From Mobula hypostoma (Eukaryota): DNA of 64,000 bases. Below are positions 26,534 through 38,198 of the stretch, piece after piece; position 1 is the stretch's first letter, and each line of letters opens with the position of its first letter. The notes beneath the pieces are model-generated. The model was not told where the DNA came from, did no database searches, and saw only the letters and a program-made list of their open reading frames with translations. The DNA is taken from assembly GCF_963921235.1 (NCBI RefSeq), contig NC_086097.1:78928001-78992000 (forward strand). The letters are read 5' to 3'. Position numbers and translations under genes: made by a program.

Positions 26534-27104
26534 TACCGTTTTTCCTTGTTTTCTTTTTAGCTAGCTCCTTGCAGTCACTGCACGTTCCACTTGACTCGCA
26601 CGTCCTTTTTGCTAGTGCAACGAGCGCACTCTGTCTAGATGCATGTGTCGCTCCTTTTCATCTCCCTTCTCTCTATTCTCCTCCAAGTGTCATTATTAAT
26701 TAAAACAGGCGTTCCGATAAGATGTCGGTTCATAATTCTTGTTGCCAATTTGTTGTGTATGTGGCCTGTTGACACAACTATGTTATTAATAAAAACGCTG
26801 GAGATGGGAACTAAGTTTCATGGTTCTTTACTGGTAGAGTCTGAACTTGACACACATGTACAGATCAATACGCGCCTAACAGCACATGCAACGACGTGTT
26901 ACTAAAACATAAAGTAGTCCCTTACTATAATGTAGGCTATACGGTACACTTATTATTAAGGAAAATGGCCACGGGGGTTACTCTGCACTACCTATTCCTT
27001 TTCCCTTTCCTGACAGTCACCCAACTACCTGCCTCTTGCAACTTCAGAGTGACAGACTCCCTGTACTGTAGCCTCTATCTATTTTGGGTATAAAAACCCT
27101 CCAG

Positions 27105-27692
27105 GATACAAGAGTATTAGAAGCAAATATTTGAGGCCCTATTGAAGGTTAGAAAGGTTCAAATAATACCAGACCCCATTTTAATAATTTTTGGAACTCC
27201 TGTGAGGTCAAATACATTCCAGGCTACCCAGCAACAACTACTGACCTATGGTATACTTAATGGAAAGAAACTCATACTAATTCTGGAAAAAGGAGGAAAC
27301 TCCATCACTCTGACAATGGCTGGCTGTATTAATGGATACTCTGCATCTAGAGAGGATAAGATACGTTATCAAGGACAGACTCAAGGAATTTGAAAAAATC
27401 TGGCAACCATTACTGTTGTATTTAGAAGAGACCGACAGCTGAATAAAGTGTCGGGGGGAGGGAGGCGGTAGGACCTAAACAGCACATACGGGAGGGGTGA
27501 GGGGAGGGCTGGGAAGGGGAAAGGAGACGGGGTGGTAGGGTTTCCTTTGCTTTTTGCTTGTTTACTATACATACATACATTTGACTTTCATTATGTTGTT
27601 AGAAGAAAGAAAAAAAAAGAAGCCTTGTACTTCAGGACATTGTCGGTTGTGGTTAAGCTGATGTTGCTTCACAATAAAAACATTTGAAAACA
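27105..27692 (+). mobile_element. 5'-truncated L1-like LINE 3' end
   Basis: 15 bp TSD ataaaaaccctccag (27090-27104 / 27693-27707); AATAAA with A-rich end; decayed ORF2 C-terminal-like sequence. Confidence 0.7.
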
Positions 27693-27813
27693 ATAAAAAC
27701 CCTCCAGATTTTAATTACTGATGTATAGTGATTCCAGTGTTGCTTCACTTTGTCAGAATGTTTAATTTGGATTTATGATTGGTGACTGTGTTGATTTTTT
27801 TGTATTCCTTTAG

Positions 27814-28023
27814 GACATTTCTTATTGACCTTCCTGCTTCTCGATCTCCTTAAAAACTCATCACCTGCTCGTATTATTAACGTTTCATCCTTGGCTCATT
27901 TCCTTGGCCGAATCAATTTTAAGGATTTGCAGAGTGAAAACAGTTATGATGGGGGTCTGGCCTACTGCCAGAGTAAACTAGCCAACATACTGTTCACCCG
28001 GGAACTGGCCAAGCATCTGAAAG
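27814..28023 (+). CDS. RDH12: RDH12-like coding exon with catalytic Ser and YxxxK (NVSS...YCQSKLAN)
   Basis: cctttag acceptor, gtatgc donor, 210 bp; overlaps ORF 27825..28058. Confidence 0.93.
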
Positions 28024-30017
28024 GTATGCTGCAATTTTTAACTCCAGCATGCCACTAAAATAGTGGCAGAAAAATGTCTTTCTATTGTTTGATTGGTTCA
28101 TTTTTTTTGTAATTTATTTTTTATTGAGGTTCATCATCAAACAAACATTTCCATAAGATGTATTTCAGGTATTGTACATAAATATCATATAGTCATATAA
28201 GCCACAAATCACATAATATTTATCTGAGGTATACACCTATAGAAAAGAGAGGAAAGAAAGAACAAGCAAAAGGAGAAAACTATGTACAAGTAGGGAGTGA
28301 TTTTTTTTTTACAACATATTCATTGATTTGTGAGAATAAAATCAGGTCTTTGAGGTGTTATGCAGTTGAACCATTTTTCCCAGTATGAATCAAATTGTTC
28401 CAACTTATGATTAACAGATGCTGTTATCTTCTTCATTTTGTAAATGTCCATTGTAATTTCCATCCATGCATTTAAAGTTGGGCTGTCCTGTGATAACCAT
28501 TTCCTGGTAAGGGTCTTTTTACCAGCCATCAGCAGTATATTCATTAAATATTTATCTCTTTTCAACCATTCTTGAGGTATATACCCAAAATATATGGTCT
28601 TACTTTCTAAGGGTATTCCACATTTAAAGATGTCTTGTAAGGCATTGTGTATCCCACTCCAATAGTCTTTGATAACGGAGCATTCCCAGAAAATATGATA
28701 ACTGTTTGCATTTTGATGTCCACAATTTCTCCAGCAAACAGGGAGATTACTATCATAATGGGATTTCTGAGAGGGTGTAATAAAATATCGTATCAAGTTT
28801 TTCCATCTGAACTCCCCCCATTTCTGTGAACTGGTACACTTCCATTGATACCTCCATATTATTGTCCATTCTTCCTCAGATATAATTATCCCTCCTTCCT
28901 TCTCCCATTTTGTTTTAATGTATGAAGTCGAATGTGTTTTAAGATTTGACAAACCCTTATACACACTTGAAATGATTCTACTACCATTATCTGAATTATA
29001 TGCCTTTCTAAATAGCTCTATCAAACATGTACTTGCCTTGGTTACATTTTTAACCGTCCTATATGTCGCATCTGTAAATACCGATAAAAGTCTTGTTTTT
29101 CTAATAAGTGTTTCCCTTTAAGCATTTCTAAATGGAACAGTGTTCCTTCTTTCATTATATTGCAAAGAACTGTTATTCCTTTCACTGTCCAGCCCTTAAA
29201 TCTAGCATCCAGTTTATCTGGCATAAAATCCGAGTCATATGCACACCATTTAAGAATTGCAATGTCTCTCTCTAGTTTATATTCTTTTATAATTTTCCAT
29301 ATTTTAAGAGTCCATTTCACCCATAGGTTATCAATAGTATTTATGTAACTTTGTAGGTTGTTATCAGCCAAGATTGCCTGTATGGGGATGGGAAGTATCC
29401 CCTCCTCAATGTTTTTCCATTGAGCGTCATATGATGGGTTGCACCAGCATATCACGGCTCTCAACTGTACTGCAAAATAATAATCTCTCAGAGAAGGTAG
29501 GCCCCATCCCCCCTTTTCCTTGGCTAATTGCAAAGTTTTGAGATGAACTCTAGGCCTTTTACCTTGCCATATATATCTTGATAACATTTTGTTCCATTCA
29601 TTGAATTGATTCTGATTAACCTCTGTTGGTAGGGTCTGAAAGAGATATAATAGTCTGAGCAGTATATTCATTTTAATAGATTCAATCCTTGAACTGAGAC
29701 CAAGAAAAGGAATTCGGTTCCATCTTGTTATATCTTCCTTAATTCTTTTATATGTAGGCTGATAATTGCATTCTGATAATTTTGCGAAATCTTTTGGCAT
29801 AATGATGCCCAAATATTTGAAAGACTCTGTTTGCCATGCCCGGGGATATCTGCTTTCAATTTATCTTAGTAGGCTATAGTTATATGGAAGTAATTGGGTT
29901 TTATCTATGTTGATCTTGTATCCTGATAATTGACCATAGTGTTCAAAGGTTTGCATCAATTTGGCTAAATATTATATTGGTTGCCCTAGATAGATCAAAA
30001 TGTCATCTGCGTAACAG

Positions 30018-32292
30018 AAACAACAGGAATTCTGCAGATGCTGGAAATTCAAGCAACACACATCAAAGTTGCTGGTGAACGCAGCAGGCCAGGCAGCATC
30101 TCTAGGAAGAGGTGCAGTCAACGTTTCAGGCCGAGACCCTTTGTCAGGACTAACTGAAGGAAGAGTGAGTAAGAGATTTGAAAGTTGGAGGGGGAGGGGG
30201 AGATCCAAAATGATAGGAGAAGACAGGAGGGGGAGGGATGGAGCCAAGAGCTGGACAGGTGATTGGCAAAAGGGATACGAGAAGATCAGGGGACAGGAGG
30301 TCTGGGAAGAAGACAAGGGGCGGGGGGAACCCAGAGGATGGGCAAGGAGTATATTCAGAGGGACAGAGGGAGAAAAAGGAGAGTGAGAGAAAGAATGTGT
30401 GTATAAAAATAAGTAACAGATGGGGTACGAGGGGGAGGTGGGGCATTAGCGGAAGTTAGAGAAGTCGATGTTCATGCCATCAGGTTGGAGGCTACCCAGA
30501 CGGAATATAAGGTGTTGTTCCTCCAACCTGAGTGTGGCTTCATCTTTACAGTAGAGAAGGCCGTGGATAGACATGTCAGAATGGGAATGGGATGTGGAGT
30601 TAAAATGTGTAGCCACTGGGAGATCCTGCTTTCTCTGGCGGACAGAGCATAGGTGTTCAGCAAAGCGGTCTCCCAGTCTGCGTCGGGTCTCGCCAATATA
30701 TAAAAGGCCACATCGGGAGCACCGGACGCAGTATATCACCCCAGCCGACTCACAGGTGAAGTGTCGCCTCACCTGGAAGGACTGTTTGGGGCCCTGAATG
30801 GTGGTAAGGGAGGAAGTGTAAGGGCATGTGTAGCACTTGTTCCGCTTACACGGATAAGTGCCAGGAGGGAGATCAGTGGGGGGACGAATGGACAAGGGAG
30901 TCGTGTAGGGAGCGATCCCTGCGGAAAGCAGAGAGAGAGGGGGAGGGAAAGATGTGCTTAGTGGTGGGATCCCGTTGGAGGTGGCGGAAGTTACGGAGAA
31001 TAATATGTTGGACCCAGAGGCTGGTGGGGTGGTAGGTGAGGACCAGGGGAACCCTATTCCTACTGGGGTGGCGGGAGGATGGAGTGAGAGCAGATGTACG
31101 TGAAATGGGGGAGATGTTTAAGAGCAGAGTTGATAGTGGAGGAAGGGAAGCCCCTTTCTTTAAAAAAGGAAAACATCTCCTTTTGGCTTCCCTTCCTTCA
31201 CTATCAACTCTGCTTTTAAACACATCTCCCCCATTTCACGTACATCTGCTCTCACTCCATCCTCCCGCCACCCCAGTAGGAATAGGGTTCCCCTGGTCGT
31301 CACCTACCACCCCACCAGCCTCCGGGTCCAACATATTATTCTCCGTAACTTCCGCCACCTCCAACGGGATCCCACCACTAAGCACATCTTTCCCTCCCCC
31401 TCTCTCTCTGCTTTCCGCAGGGATCGCTCCCTACACGACTCCCTTGTCCATTCGTCCCCCCACTGATCTCCCTCCTGGCACTTATCCGTGTAAGCGGAAC
31501 AAGTGCTACACATGCCCTTACACTTCCTCCCTTACCACCATTCAGGGCCCCAAACAGTCCTTCCAGGTGAGGCGACACTTCACCTGTGAGTCGGCTGGGG
31601 TGATATACTGCGTCCGGTGCTCCCGATGTGGCCTTTTATATATTGGCGAGACCCGACGCAGACTGGGAGACCGCTTTGCTGAACACCTACGCTCTGTCCG
31701 CCAGAGAAAGCAGGATCTCCCAGTGGCCACACATTTTAACCCCACATCCCATTCCCATTCTGACATGTCTATCCACGGCCTTCTCTACTGTAAAGATGAA
31801 GCCACACTCAGGCTGGAGGAACAACACCTTATATTCCGTCTGGGTAGCCTCCAACCTGATGGCATGAACATCGACTTCTCTAACTTCCGCTAATGCCCCA
31901 CCTCCTCCTCGTACCCCATCTGTTACTTATTTTTATACACACATTCTTTCTCTCACTCTCCTTTTTCTCCCTCTGTCCCTCTAAATATACTCCTTGCCCA
32001 GCCTCTGGGTTCCCCCCGCCCCTTGTCTTCTTCCCAGACCTCCTGTCCCCTGATCTTCTCGTATCCCTTTTGCCAATCACCTGTCCAGCTCTTGGCTCCA
32101 TCCCTCCCCCGCCCCCCCCCCCGTCTTCTCCTATCATTTTGGATCTCCCCCTCCCCCTCCAACTTTCAAATCTCTTACTCACTCTTCCTTCAGTTAGTCC
32201 TGACGAAGGGTTTCGGCCTGAAACGTCAACTGCACCTCTTCCTAGAGATGCTGCCTGGCCTGTTGTGTTCACCAGCAACTTTGATGTGTGTT
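30018..32292. mobile_element. 2.3 kb palindromic Penelope-like insertion (two inverted GIY-YIG arms)
   Basis: GIY-YIG ORFs 30446..30895(-) and up to 31893(+) are mirror images; centre about 31153-31184; 13 bp TSD atctgcgtaacag (30005-30017 / 32293-32305). Confidence 0.93.
32197..32230 (+). ncRNA. Minimal hammerhead ribozyme motif in PLE pseudo-LTR
   Basis: gtc-CTGACGA-agggtttcggcct-GAAAC-GTC-aac; the mirror copy at 30117-30150(-) has CTGACAA. Confidence 0.7.
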
Positions 32293-33286
32293 ATCTGCGT
32301 AACAGGCCAATTTATGCTCTGTCCCTTTAATAGTAATTCCCCTGATATCTTCATTTTGTCTGATGTATTAAGCTAATGGTTCCAGATATAATGCGAAGAG
32401 TAGCGGTGACCATGCACAACCCTGTCTCATGCCCCTTTCTAGGCTAAAACTATTTGATAAATATCCATTGATTTTAATCCTAGCAGTAGGATTGTCATAT
32501 CGTGCCTGTATAATTTTAATAATTGTGTCATGGAAACCAAATCTATGTAAAACTCTCTAAATTCCAATTAACCGAATCAAATGCCTTTTCAGCGTCCATG
32601 CTTCGATTTTATTTTTTTGTATATGATCCATAATGTGAAGTGTCCTTCGTATATTGTCTTGTGTTTGGCATTGTTGTATAAAACCTGTCTGATCCTCATG
32701 TATCAGTATGGGTAGAAACTCTTCTAATCGTTTGGCCATGATGGAGGTAAACAATCTATAATCTATATTAAGAATGGATATTGGTCTAAATGACCCCTAT
32801 TCCATTTTACCCTTGCCTTCTTTCAGTACAGCTGAGATTATCGCCTCCTTCCAGCTGGTGGCATTTGTGCCTTTTTTAGAGCCCAGTTCAGTGTGGGGAG
32901 TAAGACAGGAATCAACTCATTTTTTAAATTCTTTGTTCCACTCTGCCGTATACCCATCTGAACCTGGTGACTTGCTTAATTTAAGCCTACTAATTGCAGC
33001 TTTTAGTTCAACTTCAGTTATGTCAGCAGTCATCGTTCTATTTTGTTCTTTGCTTGAAGTGGGTAACTCTAGAGAATTCAGGAAGGTGTCAATTTGGGTT
33101 ATGCTTCCCCCGGAACTTTGGAATATAGAGTTTTGTAAAACACTTCAAAAGCTTCTTGAATTTCACTTAGCTTATTTTTTATCTTTTATGTTCTTGGATC
33201 CCTAATTCTATGAATTGTGTTTTCTGCTATCTTTTTCTCCAGTTTCCACACCAGTATTTTCATAGACTTAGATCCACTTTCATAAT

Positions 33287-33486
33287 CGCAAACGCAAGGA
33301 AATCTGCAGATGCTGCAATTTCAAGCAACACACATAAAACTTGCTGGTGAACGCAACAAATCTCTTACTAGCTCTTCTTTGTCAGTCCTGACGAAGGGTC
33401 TCGGCCCGATACGTCGACTGTACCTCTTCCTAAAGATGCTGCCTGGCCTGCTGCGTTCACCAGCAGGTTTTATGTGTGTTGCTCTG
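33287..33486. mobile_element. Mini hairpin PLE with a mutated hammerhead motif (GAAA to GATA)
   Basis: Inverted arms; gtcctgacgaagggtctcggcccgatacgtcgac at 33385-33418; 10 bp TSD ctttcataat. Confidence 0.88.
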
Positions 33487-35662
33487 CTTTCATAATGTCT
33501 GTTTCAGAAACATTAAATTTTTCCTGATTTCTTGCGTAGCCAAACTATTCATTTCATTCCTAATTTTTAAAATTTCCTCTAATGTATCCTGTGCCAAATT
33601 CAATTTGTGTTTTTTTTTAGTTCCTTCAGCCTATTTTGTAATATCTCTAATGTTTTATTCCTTATTTTTTTCTTAAATGAAGATATCGCTATAATTTTCC
33701 CTCTTAAGACAGCCTTCAGAGTATCCTATAGAATGGGAGGTGAAACCTCTCCATTATCATTGAATTCTAAGTAAAGACTAATTTCTTTTTTAATTTGTTC
33801 CTTAAAATAGAGATCATTGAGTAGACTTGAATTTAGTTTCCAAATAGTATTCTTTCGTTGTAGGTCAAAATCAAAAGATAAATATATAGGTGCATGGTCA
33901 CTTACATCTATTGTCCCAATTCCACAGGTGTTTATTTTGTCTTTTTCTTTTCCAAATGTTATTCTTGTATATACAGAATGGGGGGCAGAATAATGAGTGT
34001 AATCCCTTCTGTCGAGGAAAAGGTCCCTCCATATATCAGTTAAACCAACATTCTCAAAAAGTGTATTAACTTTCTTATGTAAGGATTTTGTTTCATAGGT
34101 TTTTCTATTGGAAGAGTCTAACTTTGGTTGTAATTGTAAGTTTAAGTCTCCCCCACATATCAGGAGACCTGTTTCCATTACCATAATATTAGTAATTTTC
34201 TGAAAGAAACTAATATCACTTTTTGGGGGTGCGTATATATTCAATAAAGTAACTGAACTTCCACCTATATTCCCCCTTACCAGAATATATCTGCCCTCCT
34301 TATCTCCCATTTCGAATACTTTATCAAAATTTAGCTTGATTGAGATAAGAATAGCAACTCCTCTCCTATGTCCTGATTTATATGAGGAGAAAAACAAATT
34401 AGTGAAGCCCATTCTCGTTAGTTTTCCATGCTCATTATCACTTAAGTGAGTTTCCTGTAAATATACTACGTGGGCTTGTTCTTTTTTCATTTTGGATAGA
34501 ATTTTACTGCGTTTGATTGGATTTAACAGCCCATTGACATTAAAAGAAATGAATTTTACTTTGTCCTTAGCCATGTGTATTTATCTATCAATATATCATT
34601 GAAATTAGCAGAATAAAACTTAATCGATCTACTCCCTGCACAAATAAGAAACAAGAAACACAAATAATTAAAAAAAGGCAATGAAGTTGTGATTCCAAGG
34701 CTGAGGCCTCTGGTAGTTGACCCTGGGTTCAGCTAGAGGAAACGTCTAGCCGTGGGGGATAGCCCCTCCTACCTGTGAGTTGGTGGCCCCCATTGCAGTG
34801 CCCATAAAAGTAAGTGAACAAATCTATGTCCATTACACAGAAAAGATCTCCCTGTGTATTCCTCCCATATATATATTCTCATTTAAGTGGAGAAAAAGGA
34901 GTGAACGAATGAATTTTTTAAAAATTGAGTAATATAAAATCCATATTATAATTAGTATTTCTTGAGATAGGTATAGCACCGTCTATTTTTGCTTCCGTTT
35001 AGCTTATCAACACTTTTAAAGCTAGCCAAACCTTGTGGCTCTTCTGGAGGGGATGAGGGCTGTCTTCGGAAAACTCACAGTCTCTTCCTGACATTCTTCT
35101 CTCGCCCTCCTCCCGTCCCCTGCTTTCTCGGTTTTCTGTTTCCCAAGCAGTCGGGATAACTGCTCAGCCAGGCTTTCCCTCGGTTTGACCACGCTAACGG
35201 GCAGCCCTCTGTTCCTCATGTCTGTAGTTGATTGGTTCATTTCAAAGGTACAGCTAATAAAGGAGGGTTTAATTGGCTTTTTCAGTATCAATGTGCGATG
35301 TTACTGTATCTTTGATGAAACAATGTCAATAGGGTAACTGAGCAATACTGATCAATAGAATCCTAAAACTCAAGCTCTGGCACATAGTCTTGGCTTTCTT
35401 GATGGCAGGAAGCTCTGGCCCAGGGTAGAAATAGAGAGATACAATTTCTAATTACAAAATGCTGCTACCGGTAAAAGTACATACAAGACTCACAGACGTT
35501 ACTGATAAGGCACACAGACCCTTGGGGAAAGTCATTAAGCACTCTGCCATTCAGTTAGTTCGAGAGGTGGTTGGCTGAGATGCATGCATTTTGAAGGCTC
35601 CAGGTCTGACTGAGACAGAAGCTTGCAAACTGGAGTGATACTCCGTTTTATTTTCTTAATAG

Positions 35663-35852
35663 ACACCAAAGTCACAGTGAACTCTGTGCATCCAGGCTGT
35701 GTCAGATCAGAACTAACCAGACACTCCAGCTGTTTGGCTGTGGTATGGAAGATTCTCACTTTTCTCATCAAAACACCTAAAGAAGGTGCTCAGACCAGCA
35801 TATACTGTGCAGTCACTGAAGAACTGGATGAGGTTTCTGGCAAACATTTCAG
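35663..35852 (+). CDS. RDH12: RDH12-like coding exon (TKVTVNSVHPGCVRSELTRH...GAQTSIYCAV...GKHF)
   Basis: taatag acceptor, gtttgt donor, 190 bp; VHPG and GAQT motifs. Confidence 0.92.
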
Positions 35853-38095
35853 GTTTGTAACTTGCCTTTTCTATTTAATTAAGAAACTAATATGTAGGAA
35901 AAAGGGCTCAAGTATACAGAAAACTTCAGTGAATTCAATAATACCAGACAGCTGGCTATTCCAGTCTTGCATCTCATTTTTCCGTCACTACTTTCTTCCT
36001 GCCTTCTCTCTCGTGATATTTACACCTCCTGTAGATGTATCCTTACCTCATCGTACCAGGGGGTACCACCACAGCCTATATCACCCAGTTCCACCTGGTC
36101 TCCATTCCCTCACATCTTTTATTTTCCTCCTCCCTTTTCTCTGCAATCTTTGATTGAATGATCACCGACTTAAACCACTGACAACTTCTGTCTCCAAAGC
36201 TGCAAGCTAACCTGCCATACGTCTGACATTTTTGATTTGTATTTCTATTTTATTGCAGTATTGGATCCGTGACCTCATCACACACCCCCACCCTTATCAT
36301 ATATTTCCATTGGATGGGAGAAACTCTCATATTCCCATCTCATGATTTTGCAATTAAAAGTTCACAGTAATTCCAGTGGTTAAGTAGCCGAGATGCCAAA
36401 ACATTTAGGTGCCAGTAGAAATGGGACTAGTACTAGAAAGTGGCACTGAGATGAGAGGAGGGGTACTAACTAAAGAATCACAACAGGTGTGTCTGGGGGA
36501 TGTGTGGATAAAAGGGAATAAATCACCTTAAATTATCATGAGAAAGTAACTGAATGTTAGAAACAGGCTATTATAAGCCCGTGCTGTGCTTCTCTGCAAG
36601 TGGGGAAAGCCAAAAAGCAAGAGGTTAGAAATATGTATGTGGTGGAGAATTAAGATGATCAGCATTTGCAAATTATTTGGATTGAACATTGGTCACCCAG
36701 TCAGTGTTTTCTTTCCGTAATGTGGAGAAGATCAAAGATTGAAGATTCAAAGTACATTGATTATCAAAGTACGTATGCAGTATACAACCCTGAGATTCGT
36801 TCTTCTACAGGCGGCCACAAAACAAAGAAAACCATGGAACCTGTTCCAATGCACAATGAAGAAATCATGCAAATGGTACAGAAAAGCATGTGAAAAAACA
36901 GAATATAAAACACCAAAGCGCGTCATTGAAACAGTCCAGGAATATTCAGTTCAATCCAATCCAGCCAGATAGCAGGAAACAGCTCCACATGAGAAAGGAT
37001 GCTGTAATCTGTACCTTATTAGTCTGTTTAGATCACATGTAATTATCTAAACTGGAAGTGTAAGTGAACTGTTGATTCACCTAGGATGAGATAAAAGGGG
37101 AAGTGGAAATTACCTTAAGAAGGGGTGTTGGTGGGGATACAAGAGTGAATCACACTGAACCAGAGGCAACAGTCCCACGAGGATCTTAGCAGTCTGTGAA
37201 AGTTACCTATAAGAAATCTGTTGAACGTGAAGTCTGCTGCGGTGGAAAGTGAAAAACGATTTCCCCTGTTCTGGGTGGGAGGAAATGGGGTGAGACTAGA
37301 AGCTGGTGAGTAGTACATAATTTGAAAGCCTTATGAATGAAATTGAAAGCAAAACTGAGGTTAAAGGAAAAGCATACTTATCTAAAGCACCAGCGTTGTC
37401 CAGAAGGAACCAGGAGAATGAATGAAGTGCAGAAAGCAAACTGCGAGGTGGTGTAAAACTATAAGATATAGGAGCAGAACTAGGCCATTGGAGTCTCCTC
37501 TGACATTTGATCATGGCTGATTTATTATCCCTCTCAACTCTATTCTCCTACCTTTTCCCCATAACTCATCAGTAACCTATCAACGTTTGCTTTAAATATA
37601 GCCATTGACTTGGCCCAACACCCTCAGCACCCTCATAGATTCAACACTCTCTGGTTAAAGAAATACCTCCTCTGTTCTGAAAGGATTTTTTTTTAATTTA
37701 GTGAGGCTGTGTACCTCTTGTCCTAGACTCTCCCACTACTGGATGCATCCTTTCCACATCCACTCTATCCAGCTCTGTCAGAATTTTATGACTGTCAATT
37801 AGATGGCCTACCACAGATCTGAGCTTTGATAAATAGAAAGCTAGTTGCCTCATCTCTTCTCATGTGGAGCTGTTTCCTGCTATCTGGCTGGAAACAGCAC
37901 CAATACATTCAGCAATATACCAGAGGCAAAATGAAGAAGGAGGGCCTGTTTAAAATTAATTTTACCCTGTTAAGGATGGCCATCAACACTTTAGACCATT
38001 TGCCAATGTTCTTAAGGTAATGACTGACAAGGTAACAATATGCACATCCTTCTGCAACTTAATGATTCCATTTTCATATTTGATTTTCTTTACAG

Positions 38096-38198
38096 TGATT
38101 GCCAACCGGCATCTGTGGCTCCACAGGGTAAAAATGACGAAACCGCCAAAAAATTATGGGATGTCAGTTGCAAGCTTCTTGGAATTCAGTGGGACTGA
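38096..38198 (+). CDS. RDH12: RDH12-like last coding exon (DCQPASVAPQGKNDETAKKLWDVSCKLLGIQWD*)
   Basis: ctttacag acceptor, in frame with the previous exon, TGA at 38196-38198; typical RDH11/12 C-terminus; candidate AATAAA near 38646. Confidence 0.92.

Larger units (their letters stand above)
21522..26948 (-). mobile_element. Full-length, frameshifted Gypsy (Mag-like) LTR retrotransposon
   Basis: 198 bp TG...CA LTRs (21522-21719, 26751-26948), 5 bp TSD cttat, PBS tggcaacaagaa, polypurine tract aaaaggggaggag; domain order gag(CCHC)-PR(DTG)-RT(YLDD)-RNaseH-IN. Confidence 0.95.
13093..27075 (-). mobile_element. Old, fragmented near-full-length CR1 LINE hosting several later insertions
   Basis: 3' tail near 13093; RT and endonuclease remnants 13300-16110; ORF1 esterase-like remnant (KLKSRTSWVVISGLL) near 20900-20990; 5' part 26954-27075; pieces are collinear across insertions. 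Confidence 0.75.
28104..35227 (-). mobile_element. L1-clade LINE (ORF1 C-terminus plus disrupted ORF2) carrying two PLE insertions
   Basis: APE endonuclease MAKDKVKFISFNVNGL...LQETH...GGDLN...SDH (33726..34574), RT YADD, C-terminal CWRNC...HIFWEC knuckle, poly(A), 15 bp TSD ttgattggttcattt (28089-28103 / 35228-35242). Confidence 0.92.

Noticed and set aside
31036..31893. 285 aa ORF as a host gene or novel nuclease
   Set aside because: It spans the palindrome centre; the N-terminal part is antisense or out-of-frame PLE sequence, and only the C-terminal GIY-YIG part is genuine
30018..32292. Palindrome as an assembly fold-back artefact
   Set aside because: The arms differ at multiple sites, the tail is asymmetric as in other copies, and a clean 13 bp TSD restores the L1 motif; read-level confirmation is still advisable
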